DNA of 64,000 nt from Mytilus edulis (Eukaryota), in assembly GCF_963676685.1 (NCBI RefSeq), contig NC_092347.1:63736001-63800000 (forward strand). Direction: 5' to 3'. The notes beneath the pieces were generated by a model, which saw only the letters and a program-made list of their open reading frames with translations, had not been told where the DNA came from and made no database searches. This document shows, in pieces, positions 26,974-39,215 of the stretch (position 1 is its first letter; each line of letters starts with the position of its first letter). Both the position numbers and the translations under genes were made by a program.

Positions 26974-29900
26974 ATGAAATTTGTTGTGCTCATGACAAGT
27001 CTGGTTTGCTGTGGAAATGTTGTTTTGTGTCATGGTAAGTTAAATATATGATTTACAAACAAAAATTTAAAACGTAAAAAACACAGGCAAGGGTATTAAT
27101 TTAAATATTTATTGCACTATACTTGCTTAAATGATTTTTTTTTTGTTTATCTTATTTGCGGGAAATGCAAATTTTAGACAACACTAATATCCTTTTAGTT
27201 CTTTATAAGAAGCCTGAAATACATGTAAATATACATATAGATAACTGTGTCCATATTATGTGGCACTCTTAAACTCGTGTTCACGTGCATACTTACTGAC
27301 ATTTTTTTTTATGAAACTAGCAGCGAAAACTTCAAACCACTCTTTATGTTTACCATTTTTATTTTTGGGAATCTAAACCTCATCCCTGTTGTTTCTTTCT
27401 ACAACTATTTACCCACAAAAGTTTTTATAAAAAACATATTAGAATTCTTATTGTTATACTGTGAATTTACACATTTTTTTACCTGTGTTTAATTGTTCAG
27501 AAAAAGAAATAATTGAAGATTTACTGAATATTATCATCAAACTGAAGGCAGTAAAGAAGAATGGAAGTTATGGAGTAGGTAATTACGCGTTTACTTAGCA
27601 ATACCATATGTTTGTCATGATGAAGAGAAAACCAATAGTAACAAATATGTTAGAATGTGATAGGCACAAAAGTTAGTATAGTGAAACACTGGATAAAGAT
27701 TGAACATAGTGAAACACTGGATAAAGATTTAACTTGTGGTATATTTGCAATTTATTCCTGTCAAATTCCAGACATTGTTTGTGGTTTAACTAAATATACA
27801 AACCTTGTTTCGTCGCATTAAATTTCCAGCAAACCGATCGATTCATTTTGCGAAACCTATGAATTGCTCTAAAAAAAATATTTATTACTTGTTCTTCATC
27901 TCTTTATGTAACAACCTTATTTAAACAATGTCTTTGTCTCGTTTAATTTGTATTTTGCTCGGTCAAGCCATTCTATCTTAACAAGGGTAAAGGATCTGAT
28001 CTCAATAGCATCGATTATTAAGGAGACGTTTTTATAATTCAAAATGTGTGGCAAATGTCAAAATATCGATATGACAAATATATTTATCAATATGAATGTT
28101 TGATGAAAATTTACAAGTTTACAAATTACGAATATGAATGTAGACTTATCTTTATCCGAAAATATTAATGATAAGAACGTTGAATGGCAATATAGATTGC
28201 CATATGTCAATGTAATGAAGTCATCGAAACAACATCTGATAAACAAATTTAATAATACTTTTAGATATTTGGATGATATTTTGGCTCTCAATAATGACGA
28301 CTTCAGTATGTATATTAAAGAAATTTATCCTGTTGAACTTACTTTAAATAAAGCTAATACTAACAATGACCACTGCCCTTTCCTCGATCTTGATATCTAT
28401 ATCACTAACGGAAAGCTGTATACTAAAATTTATTATAAAAGAGATGATTTTTCAATTCCTATCGTTAATTATCCATTTTTAGATGGTGACGTTCCTTTGT
28501 CACCATCTTACGGTGTTTATATATCTCAACTTGTACGATTTTAACGAGAGAAATTTATGTATTACTGAAAAATTATTACACCAGGGTTTTCGATATCACA
28601 AACTAGTCAAAACATTTACTGAATTTTATCATCGGTATAAGGACATCATTCGTAAATATAGCTCAACATGCAGACCTCTTATACGTTCAGGTATTTCACA
28701 TCCAATTTTTTATGGAAATATAGTTCTTTATAAAGCACAAAGGTGTCAGTATTCACCTCAAAAACTAACAAAACCTTTGAATAGACTTATTAAGAAGGGA
28801 TATAGTTACGATACTGTTGTCAGGTCATTAAAGATTGCATATTTTGGCGTTAATATTGATTCACTTATAGGGTCTTTGCATCGGAACTAAACACATTTAT
28901 TCAAAAACCAGTTGTTGGCATGACACGGGTTATGTTCTTCTCATATATGTTATGATAGTCTGTTGTTATTTATGTATTATTATCATTTTGTTTATTTTCT
29001 TTGGTTACATCTTCTGACATCAGACTCGGACTTTTCTTGAACTGAATTTTAATGTGCGTATTGTTATGCGTTTACTTTTTTAGAGGTATAGGGGGAGGGT
29101 TGAGATCTCACAAACATGTTTAACCCCGCCGCATTTTTGCGCCTGTCCCAAGTCAGGAGCCTTTGGCCTTTGTTAGTCTTGTATTATTTTAATTTTAGTT
29201 TCTTGTGTACAATTTGGAAATTAGTATGGCGTTCATTATCACTGAACTAGTATATATTTGTTTAGGGGCCAGTTGAGTGACGCCTCCGGGTGCGGGAATT
29301 TCTCGCTACATTGAAGACCTGTTGGTGACCTTCTGCTGTTGTTTTTTTTCTATGGTCGGGTTGTTGTCTCTTTGACACATTCCCCATTTCCATTCTCAAT
29401 TTTATCATAGATGAATATATATGAAACACTCTCACTGAGGGACACAACTAATAAGCTAGGCACTTTTTAATACAAAGTACAAGCTAAAATATTTATTTAT
29501 CCTATTCTTACAGCTCGATTATCTGTTCCGGCTTTTACTGTTACGTTGTCAAAGCATTTGACTCCACAATTCAATCAGATAATAAAATTTGAATCAGTGA
29601 AAACCAATATTGGCGGACATTACTCTCCTAGTACTGGAATATTTACAGCACCAAGGAACGGACTTTATATGATATCTGCAACAATAAGACCTAATGGGTC
29701 CGCTTATCTGCATTGTGAGATACAGGTCAATGGTGAGATGAAAGAAAAGCTAGTTGGAACCAGAGGCTCAACAGGAACTGCAAACGCCGTTTTACAGTTA
29801 AAAAAGGGAAACAAGGTGTTTATTAAAAAAAGATCACCGTAGTGGGGAAAATATGATGGGAAAAGATTGGTCAATGTTTTCAGGATATTTTATTGCATAG
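26974..29900 (+). CDS. Secreted C1q-domain-containing (C1qDC) protein, 3 exons; +1 frameshift near the C-terminus (pseudogene allele or assembly error)
   Basis: Exon 26974-27034 encodes signal peptide MKFVVLMTSLVCCGNVVLCH. Exon 27501-27578 encodes the helical linker EKEIIEDLLNIIIKLKAVKK. Exon 29514-29900 encodes a globular C1q domain (PAFTV..IIKFESVKTNIGGHYSPSTGIFTAPRNGLYMIS..AVLQLKKGNKVFI). The terminal WSMFSGYFIA* strand lies in the next frame after the A7 run at 29825-29831. AATAAA at 29921. Confidence 0.8.
28220..29405 (+). mobile_element. 5'-truncated Penelope-like retroelement (RT C-terminal part plus 3' region) in intron 2 of the C1qDC gene
   Basis: FRYLDDILALNN..IYPVEL..PFLDLDI..TKIYYKRDDF..VYISQLVRF, with a frame break near 28540. 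The ORF ends at 28890. The non-coding tail ending ttccccatttccattctcaattttat recurs elsewhere in the window. Confidence 0.75.
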
Positions 29901-31750
29901 TTTTCTTTTAATTTTGGATTAATAAAATATTTCAAAATGCTCATGATGTTGTTTCTTTTTTTATTATTAAATGAACTAGCAAATGTTGTCTGTACGCGTC
30001 CGTTATTTCGCTTTTTTAATTTACACAATGTGCGGTTCTATGTAGACCAGTCTTCAAATTTGACAAACATATGTAACGTCACGGTACCTAAATTGCACCG
30101 AGTACCAAAATTGCACCTATGCAACAAAAACAGCTGAGAGAAATTCTTAAAAGTTTTTTTTTGAGACTAAAAAAATTGTATTTGGATTATTTGACATTAT
30201 CCACGTCTTAGGAAATAGATGAATATATTCAAATATACATTGTACGACTTTGATCCCCGCAGAGCTATAGAAAAACTGTACATTAACGGGTGGTGTTACA
30301 CGGACTCTTTTTAGATGATACACGGACTCTTTTTAAATGTTACACGGACACTTTTTATGAATAGAATCACTCGTGCATGATCAGTGAGTTCATGGGCACT
30401 TTAGCTTTCAATTAGATTTGAATTTTTTTGGTTCACCGACTTATTTCCTGTCTTTTTATTGAACAAAATATTTACGTTAGCATCAATATCTTTTTTCAAA
30501 CATTTCCAGTAAAATACTATTCATATCAGTACCCTAAGGGATTAGACATTCAACTTCAACGGGGGGAGGGTATGGTTTTCTTCTAAAAAAGATATTTTGA
30601 TCCCAAATTTTATTAGAAAAAAATTATTATGGTCAAGCAGATGAATCATTAATGTTTTGCATGATTCCTGATTTTCCGAATACCGTAAACAGTGCTTATT
30701 TAAACAAAAACATTTGGGTGATGGTGTTGAAAAGTAAATACAAATGTAGTTAATATATTCAAAAAAGAACATACAACCCCCTTTATGAAGCAAAATATTC
30801 GGTCAATAAATGTTTTCTTTAATATATGGACATGAACAGTATTATGGACAATGCTGAAAGTAAAGAAATGATGATACTGACGCGTATATTTCAATAAAAT
30901 AAGACAGGAAATAAGTAAATAAGAATCAAATCTTATCAAAAGATAAAATCCCTATCAACTCACCAATGCACGATTGATCCTATACACAAAACGTGTTCAT
31001 GTAATACACGTCTAAATAAGCAGCAAATCTAGAAGAAAATCATTCAACTTATGACATCAATTTTGGGCGTTAAGCTGCGATTGGATCATAATGTAACACG
31101 TGTTTAATCCCGATCAACACTTGCAGATCTAGAGACGACAAGCATGAATTAAAAAAATTAAAGTATATGCCTGAATTTATAGCATATTAAGACAAAATCC
31201 ATTTTTTCATAAACATTTCATTCACTTATGAAGTAGAAAATTCATCTTTTGATACATTTATATTGTTATCGAATTTATATCCAGTTCCAAATCCAGGACA
31301 AAACAGAGGGGGGCAACTTTGTGTCCCCATTTAAATGCATTGATCATGAAAAAGGTTGTTCTAACCCCCGGGACCCATCACCACTGAATATTAAATTCAT
31401 ATATTTGGAATCAAACGCGCGATTTTTACGATTTTTGTAAAGGGGGATGGGGGATGGAATGGCACATCCTGCATTTTTTCTTCAAAAATAAAGATCACAG
31501 CCTGTTTATTTTAAAATGAATTACCCCCTCTCCCCCCTCTTTTTTTATCAAATTATTAGATTCCTGATTTTTTTCTCTTGAAAAAAAATCTCGGTTGAAG
31601 GGAAATGAAAAAAATGTGTTTATACTATATCTTACATTTACTGCTTAATGGCTATCTAAGTTTCTCAAATATTTAGTCTTGCAAAATGTATTATTACTTT
31701 CTTGAAACGTCGTACAATAGTTATCAAAGGTACCAGGATTATAATTTAAT

Positions 31751-31794
31751 ACGCCAGACGCGCGTTTCGTCTACAGAAGACTCATCAGTGACGC
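31751..31794 (-). ncRNA. Minimal type I hammerhead ribozyme, family 1 (intact core), inside a ~140-bp repeat at 31718-31857
   Basis: Reverse complement reads gcgtca-CTGATGA-gtct(tctgt)agac-GAAA-cgcgc-GTC-tggcgt. Same downstream flank (aaattataatcctggtacctttgat) as the 24254 copy. Confidence 0.85.
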
Positions 31795-31881
31795 TCAGAT
31801 CAAAACAGTTAAAAGGCCAAACAAATACAAAGTTGAAGAGCATTGGGGACCCAAATTTCACAAGTCAGATAAAAATCAAAA

Positions 31882-32018
31882 GTAACAAAAGAAACAGGCC
31901 GGTAACAACCAGCCGAATAGTTTTTCTGCACTTCTAGCTAACGCCTCGGACCTTGACCTGACTACTCGTGTAGAAAAACTATCCGGCAACGGTTGTTACC
32001 GGTCTGTTTCTTTGTTAC
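31882..32018. repeat. Foldback MITE-like inverted repeat
   Basis: gtaacaaaagaaacaggccggtaacaacc..tagtttttctgcac pairs with gtgtagaaaaacta..ggttgttaccggtctgtttctttgttac. Confidence 0.7.
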
Positions 32019-32045
32019 CTATGTATTTTGTCTAATACCTAAACT

Positions 32046-32733
32046 ATGTGGAAATCATCTATCCCATCGAACTAGAGATAAAGGATACTACAGATACATT
32101 AAAATCTGCCTCATATCTTGACTTACATCTAGATATTGACAATGAGGGGCGATTGAAAACAAAACTTTACGACAAAAGAGATGATTTCAGCTTTCCAATT
32201 GTGAACTTTCCATTTCTTAGAAAAAACATTCCAGCAGCACCTGCGTACGGGGTATATATCTCCCAATTGATACGATATTCCCGTGCTTGCATTTTCTTAT
32301 CATGATTTTCTTGATAGAGGGTTGCTGCTCACAAGGAAGCTATTAAACCAAGAGTTCAAATGGTGAAGTTGAAATCATCCCTTCGTAAATTTTACGGACG
32401 CCATCACGAGTTGGTTGACCGTTATGGAATAACCATTTCACAAATGATATCGGATGTTTCTTGCGTCGTAACTACAATCCCCTTCCCTTTCATATATGTG
32501 ATCTACCGAATTAGACTATTTACCGGATTTGTTATCACATAAGCAACATGACGGGTGCCACATGTGGAGCAGGATCTGCCTATCCTTCGTGTTGTTTATT
32601 CTTTAGTTTTCTATGTTGTGTCATGTGTACTCTTGTTTGTCTGTTTGTCTGTTTCATTTTTAGCCATGGCGTTGTCAGTTTATTTTCGATTTATGAGTTT
32701 GACTGTCCCTTTGATATCTTTCGTCCCTCTTTT
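32046..32733 (+). mobile_element. Penelope-like retroelement RT fragment (second family), frameshifted
   Basis: IYPIELEIKDTTDT..SYLDLHL..KTKLYDKRDDFSFPIVNFPFL..AYGVYISQLIRYSRAC then MVKLKSSLRKFYGRHHELVDRY. The 3' tail is shared with the copies at 24490-24730 and 44191-45052. Confidence 0.75.
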
Positions 32734-33357
32734 AAACGTTCACAATTTATATCAACAGATGAAGCTTTCATGGGAAAAGAAAAATGTACGATAACGCCGC
32801 CATGCGACGTTCACAAAAAGTCATCTTTTAAAAATGAACAACACAAATATGTTACAAACATCCATTTTTAGAAAAGTGAATAGTCAGCTTGTACTAAAGT
32901 CAAATTGTTCTAATTATTCGGAAAAATAAAACAAAACATCTGTTATTCGATTTTTAATGATGTGAATTAAAGCATGGATGCAATTTAGGTACTCCTCATT
33001 ACGGAATCATGGATAGTTTGGAGGTCGATTCAAACCCATTGTTCCATGACTAAATATGATAAAAAAAATCAAATTGGCGTACCTATATAATAAAGAAAGA
33101 TACAGCTACAAAATAAACACAGAATGGACATTTATGTTTTGATCATAAAACAACGTAGGTAAAATAAAATGTCATAATAGGTGCAATTTGGGTACCGTTA
33201 CGTTAGTGGTCTTAAGTTATAAGACTCTAATCCCAAAAACTAATCTCATTGGCATATGATCAACATCTTCTTTCTTCACATATAGAGCTGAGAAACATTT
33301 GAAAAAAACTCTCTTGAACAGATTTGTGAAAGGGTTTAATTAACCTTTCTGATTCTA

Positions 33358-33401
33358 GCGTCACTAATGAGTTTTTTGTAGACGAAGCATGCGTCTGGCA
33401 T
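33358..33401 (+). repeat. Decayed family 1 hammerhead repeat copy
   Basis: gcgtca-CTAATGA-gttttttgtagac-GAAG-catgcgtc-tggcat. Both core boxes are mutated. Confidence 0.65.
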
Positions 33402-34923
33402 ACAAAATCTAAAGCCTGGTTTATATGATGAGTTTATTCTTATGCCAAACGATGAATCATTTGAACTGAACTTAACAACTTTCTTTGTTGCAATTTTACT
33501 ATTCAAGATTCAAATGAAAGATAAACCCATCATATTTTCGTCAATATAAATTTAAAAAAAAATAAAAAAATGATTTTTTTTTTATCCAATTATGTCATCC
33601 GCTCATATGTGTTTAAAGTTTACCATATTGTATACAAAACAAAAACAAGTTAAATCTCAAAATTACTGAACTCAAAAGCGAAAGTCCCTAATTAAATGTC
33701 AAAAGACAATCATTCTTATCAATTACATGAAAAATAATCAAAAACTTGATTAACAATGTCTAGTTTATTTTGAATTTATAAAACATTATATGGTAAAAAA
33801 AAATAGACTTAAATTATTCGTTATTTGAGAGCATTACAACTTCAACGAAGACATATCTTAATAAATATATTTGTCTAAGTTGATGAAAAAACTGACAAAG
33901 AAAGTTGTCCACCCTTTATAAAATCTTAGTAACCGTCTTTTAAGTGCTTTTGAGAAAACAACAGTCAGTTTGTTTCCTCAGACTTAATAGTGTAACTCTC
34001 AATGTTCTTAAAAAACAATTTTCACTTTTCACAAATTCTCCTACATAAACAAAATAACAAGAGGCTATATTACAAACTTGAATGGAGATTAGAACATACT
34101 CTCCCCTTCTCGTCCAATGAAAAGTTAGTTTTTCCCCTCTAATTTTCATAGTACATGGTTTTCCATACACTATGAAATGCTATACATGAATGACTTTTCA
34201 CTGTCAGTTAACTATGAGAGTGAACTCTTAATAACTGCACTAACGAAGTGTACAATCCCCTGATGCATTTTCCATGGGAAAAGAGTCTACTGATTAAAGA
34301 TGAAAGAGCAAAGGTTAACACAAAACATTTCTAATTTTGCAATTTTTATGCATTTTTTAACGGTACACATATATAGAACATGTAGAATAAACAAAAAAAA
34401 ATTGGGTAAGGATGTAGGTAAAATAATAATTATTTTTCATATACCTGACATTTGAGGGATTTTTCTTTCTTTCAAGAAAACAATGTCAGACTGTTGATAT
34501 ATAAATCAAATATATTTATTTTTTTGGAGAAACACAAATACATGTAAATTTTCATTTATTAATAAAATGTAAGCGTTTAATGTTGAATGGTCTGAATTTA
34601 AATATTTATACAGAGAGTTTTATACTTATAAAACAGTCAAATTTCAAAAAGGGGATTTATATAACATTGTGTTGCTTTTTAAAATAAAAAATCTCAAGAT
34701 ATATAAGTATTAAATTTTACCTTAAGCAGAAGAAAAACAATTTTTCCATTCGGTAATCACAAACTATGTCCGAGAATTTTCATTCCATCCGTTGAAATGA
34801 TGATTACCTATGTTTTACATTTAGTTCATTATAAAAAGTGAACTCTTATTCAGGTTTGGATATTACAATGGGAAAGGATAATTTTGTAAGGTCACTCGAA
34901 AGTGTGAATATGTTCTAAATTGG

Positions 34924-35010
34924 TCAGACAATACTTGGTCATGTTTTAGGAAGATTTAAGCCCTTCGCCTTGGGCTTGAATCTTCATAAAACATGACCAA
35001 GTAATGTCTA
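34924..35010. repeat. Palindrome (MITE-like)
   Basis: agacaatacttggtcatgttttaggaagatttaagccc-ttcgcctt-gggcttgaatcttcataaaacatgaccaagtaatgtct. Confidence 0.75.
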
Positions 35011-35250
35011 ACCTATAATTAATCTTTGGAATTTGAACAGATGTAAACATAGATTTCACAAAGGATTGACTATCAGTAAAGACAGGTAGTCTGGTAAGTT
35101 TTTATGTTACATAAATTTACTATTAATACTATTATTAGCATTGTCACACAGTATTTAGCATTTTGGTACTTTTGCGTAGTATTCCAGACGTTTCAGGAAA
35201 ACAAGTTGAACAGCATCAGGAATATTAACCTACACTATGTAGTACTATAG

Positions 35251-35763
35251 CTACATAGTGCGCTAGAGACCTAATACGGTACAAATGGGGTCAGTAAATT
35301 TCATATGGAGATTCGAGCGAATCCCCATATGAAATTTACTGATCTCATATATACCGTATTAGGTCACTAGCACACTATGTAACGAATTTATCTTACCGAC
35401 TATCTTAACGTGTGAAATTTAAACTAGTGACCTATCAAAATGAACAAATCTTCTTTATACTGCTAGCATTAAGAAAATACTTCCATTTATCTTACAAAAA
35501 CCGATGCAAATAATAACAGCTTGTAAGGTATAAATGTGTTTTATAAATGTATTTCCATCTTAATCATCAATTTCTTCGTCTGTTGAAACCTTTATGACTT
35601 TTTCTCAGTACCGTTTGTTTTTATAAAGGGACGTAACACCACTACTAACCGTGTATGAAATAAGCCCCGCCTCCCTACTAACCTTATATCAAATATACAC
35701 GGTTTGCACGCGGGCGCTTTTAACCAATCATATTCCCAGAAATGTATAGGAGGTAAGATAAAC
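35251..35763. repeat. Hairpin-plus-tail dispersed element
   Basis: A ~130-bp palindrome at 35251-35382 is followed by a segment bounded by tttatcttacc..ggtaagataaa. A related end occurs at 41283-41330. Confidence 0.6.
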
Positions 35764-35957
35764 AATATTCTGGGTTAATAACATAGTCGGTACCAATTTT
35801 AATACACCAAAGGCACACTTTGGTGATGAATATCTTTCCATTGTTAAATGATTTGTCTTAAACAGTTATATAGCATGAAAATGCAGTACCATGAATTTAC
35901 ATAATTGGGCCTTAAAGTATGAATTGCTGTAATGCTTAAAACAATGATACTGATTAA

Positions 35958-37443
35958 GGTTGTTCCACTAAAGTCAAAATATAGGACACTTCATAAACAT
36001 CTAAACATTGCCAGTATTTTTCAATCTATAATGATTAAAGTCATAAACTATTCATTTAAATATACTTAGACGTTACGCGCGATGTTCGTACCTCATTGGA
36101 AATTTGGTGTAGTTGGTAAGATACAAGTCCAATATATATATATGTGTGATATCATATTCATTGCTATTGTGTGCATTTCAAAAAATAACGATTTTTAAAA
36201 TAAATACGAAAAAAAATAATTGTTGAAACTATGTTTCATGCTGCATGCGACAAGCTTCATTTTTAAAAAACGGCGATTTTTAGGTTGTCCCGCGTAACAT
36301 ATTTCATTTATTGTAACCACTTAACTATGATTTTCGTCATAAACAATTTAATATTTTGAGAAACGGTTTTTTCCAATATTACACAGATTGGTTCCTTCAG
36401 TTTTTTATGCATTTTTTTATGACGTTATGATGACGTCATATCATAGAAAGAAAGCGTTCCATACTACAAGGGCAAATCTGTCCCGTGGGGAATAAAATGG
36501 GATTCCAGATTTGAGAATCAAAAAACATTTATCTAAAATAAAAAAAAAGTTTAGTATTTGTATTACTACATCAATGTTAATTTGCTTTATTTTATGAATT
36601 TAAAGACAAATATCCTGAAAAATGATATATATGGTAATTTATGAGCGATTTAAAAAAAAAACTTACAAGTTTGTCGCACCGACATTTTTTTGACGTAAAA
36701 ACGAACTCAACTCAGATTTACGTCAATTGTTTGCTTATCACTGCTTTTATAATGGTAGAATTTATGATTTTTTTTAAATGTTATTTTTCTTAAATTTTCA
36801 AAAAAATAAAATACATCAATTTTCGATTGGTAGTTAAAAAGCACCGTCGATTTTGCGGAGTCTTACAAGAATGTCGCACTTGCTTAAAACAACGTTTCAG
36901 TCGAATTTTCGGTTTGAACGTTACGAAATATTCGCGACGTTGTGTTACGCTTACATGTACGAACATCGCGCGTAACGTCTTAACATATACACATTGTGTA
37001 AATTATAAATAACCTTGAAATTGTAATGTTGTGACTAAACTAGTTTTTAGAGTGATAACTAAATTTTCAAAAAAATCTGGAGGCCTGTTAGATGGCTTCA
37101 GGTTCATGTGGACCCTTTGGCTAAATATTGATGTTTTTCAACTAACAAATGTATAGATTTCAATAAAATATGATAATTTTTTTTTAAATAAAGAAATAAT
37201 CAAATAAAGTTTTCTCGCAGGCCTCCAGGTTTATTAGAAAATTTAGTGTTAACCCCAAGAACCGGTTTGGCCACTACATAACAATTTCAAGTTTATTTAC
37301 AATGTACACAATGTGTAAATGTAAAGGATGTTCAAATAAACATATGTTCCCAAAGTTTAGGACTTTATTCATTATAGGTTGAACAAAAACAGGCAAAGTT
37401 TAGATGTTTAGGAAGTGTCCTTTATTTTGACTTTAGTAGAACC
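35958..37443. mobile_element. Long-TIR foldback non-autonomous DNA transposon flanked by TTAA (Kolobok-like termini), interrupted by a nested element
   Basis: Left end TTAA|ggttgttccactaaagtcaaaatataggacacttc.. matches the reverse of the right end ..gaagtgtcctttattttgactttagtagaacc|TTAA. The inner arms 36985-37090 and 37215-37320 are also inverted. Confidence 0.65.
36068..36980. mobile_element. Non-autonomous TIR element (~910 bp) with perfect 24-bp TIRs
   Basis: AGACGTTACGCGCGATGTTCGTAC (36068-36091) and GTACGAACATCGCGCGTAACGTCT (36957-36980). No coding capacity. Confidence 0.75.
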
Positions 37444-37501
37444 TTAAACCTAATAATTCTTTTTAGTTCATATAGAAGAAATCACAACTATTGATAGTCA
37501 C

Positions 37502-37632
37502 CAGGGGCGGATCCAGCCATTTTAAAAAGGGGGGTTCCAGCTATATGCTCCCATTCAAATGCATTAATCGGCCAAAAGAAGGGGGGTTCCAACCCCCGGA
37601 ACCCCCCCCCCCCCCCTCTGGATCCGCGCCTG
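37502..37632. mobile_element. GC-rich MITE-like element
   Basis: CAGGGGCGGATCCAG..CTGGATCCGCGCCTG terminal inverted repeats. Flanks gtcac/gtcat resemble a target-site duplication. Confidence 0.65.
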
Positions 37633-37973
37633 GTCATCAAGTGTGATTTGCGGTATACTTCATAATTAAATATTTTTATTTTTTTCATTTATCTGTAGAT
37701 GTTTCTCCAACAACTAATCACACATTCTGCTTATAACGTACAGCTGTTTAGTGCACTTGCGTCAATGTCAACTTATAAAGAATTTTATAATGATATATTT
37801 TGGGGAGAGGGGGTTGTGTCTATTCTCTAGATTACAAATATTGTTGTTCGGCAAATATTTTAGATGATACTGTTTATGTGTGTTATGTACAAATTGTTTT
37901 GTTTTAATGATAGTGTCTCATAAGTCGTTTTCGGCTGGCATCCTTTTACTTAAATGTTAGGTTCTTATGATTT

Positions 37974-37979
<6 letters not shown>

Positions 37980-38004
<25 letters not shown>
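37980..38004. repeat. (TA)n microsatellite
   Basis: Directly visible TA run. Confidence 0.9.
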
Positions 38005-39215
38005 TGATATTGTAATGGATGGTGACACTTTAATAAAATAAATCTTATCTTATCTTATGTACAGTCTCCTAAAGCCCTATTTTCATGATTAAGAATAGTC
38101 TATTCTACTAAATTCTATACACCAGTTAAATTATGTGGATTGATAGATATTCTACTACAAACCACAATTTATAATTTCGGCTGAACCTCCTGGTGCAGTA
38201 ATGATACCAGTGACAGAAAACGTGTAGCTCATGACAAGTAAAAAACCAGGAATGAGACAAATTCAGAATTTAACTTGACAAGAAAAGATGTTTGAATGAC
38301 AAAGATTTTTTTGTAAACGTCAACTTAGTCATAATCGCGTCTGTAAAACTTATAACCAGACCTTTACAACTTTACCAAACCTTGAACCTGTAAGTTCCTT
38401 TTAAGCAACATCCCACTATCAAGGTCATTGTTATAGGCAAGGACTTATATATGACTATAGAACCAACCCGTATATCCGCCTAAGAAATGCCCGTGCAGTA
38501 CTAATTAAAGACTTTTATATAGATACTTTTTTTTTTTACAAACTTGTTCTATAAACTTGTTCTATAAACTCGTTCTACAAACTTGTTCCACAATTACTAA
38601 GGAAAGAAAGAGATAAGGGAAAATTCAAATTTAACGGAATAGAAATAAATCTCCACTCACTCGTGTGTGTAAAAGAATATCATCTATGAAGCCAAAGATG
38701 AAGTTTACGAAATCGCTGGTTTCTATTTGTTTACTTGAGAAGCATACTTCTTACATATAAAAATAACAAGTTAGCAATTAAATAATCAAAATTAACCACG
38801 TCCACAAATATGCTGTCAACAAAAACAAAATCAATAACATTGGTGATGTCATAGAAAAGTTTAGGATGAAATTAGAAGGTGTGTTTTTTATAAAATATGA
38901 TGTTTCCCTTCCTAGGCAATTCATTTTTACGTGATGTATTCCTTTTTTAAGAAACAAAGAATGGTTTTTAATCTTAAAATGAGTTTTAAATCGGAATGCT
39001 TGAGTAAATGGTAAAGAAATTGAATGTTGAATACCATTGCTTGATGGGGTCAGATACCGATAGCCACTTTAGTAGCAGATTCACTTTGCTGATATAATAG
39101 ATGTAATCATTCTAGAAAGAGATTTTTGTGGTGCATTTGACAGACCCATACAACATATTAAATGTTAAAAAAGATTTGACTTCTGTTTTTGCACATAATA
39201 ATCAATTGATATACA

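Larger units (their letters stand above)
30074..33205. mobile_element. Putative TIR-bounded non-autonomous DNA element carrying nested insertions
   Basis: taacgtcacggtacctaaattgcacc at the left end versus ggtgcaatttgggtaccgttacgtta at the right end (two mismatches). Confidence 0.5.

Noticed and set aside
26629-27038. ORFs 26629-26952 and 26826-27038 as genes
   Set aside because: They are low-complexity AT-rich frames. The real signal-peptide exon (26974-27034) is in another frame.
29840-29900. Stop-codon readthrough in the C1q domain
   Set aside because: The conserved C-terminal strand is in a different frame, so a frameshift rather than readthrough explains it.
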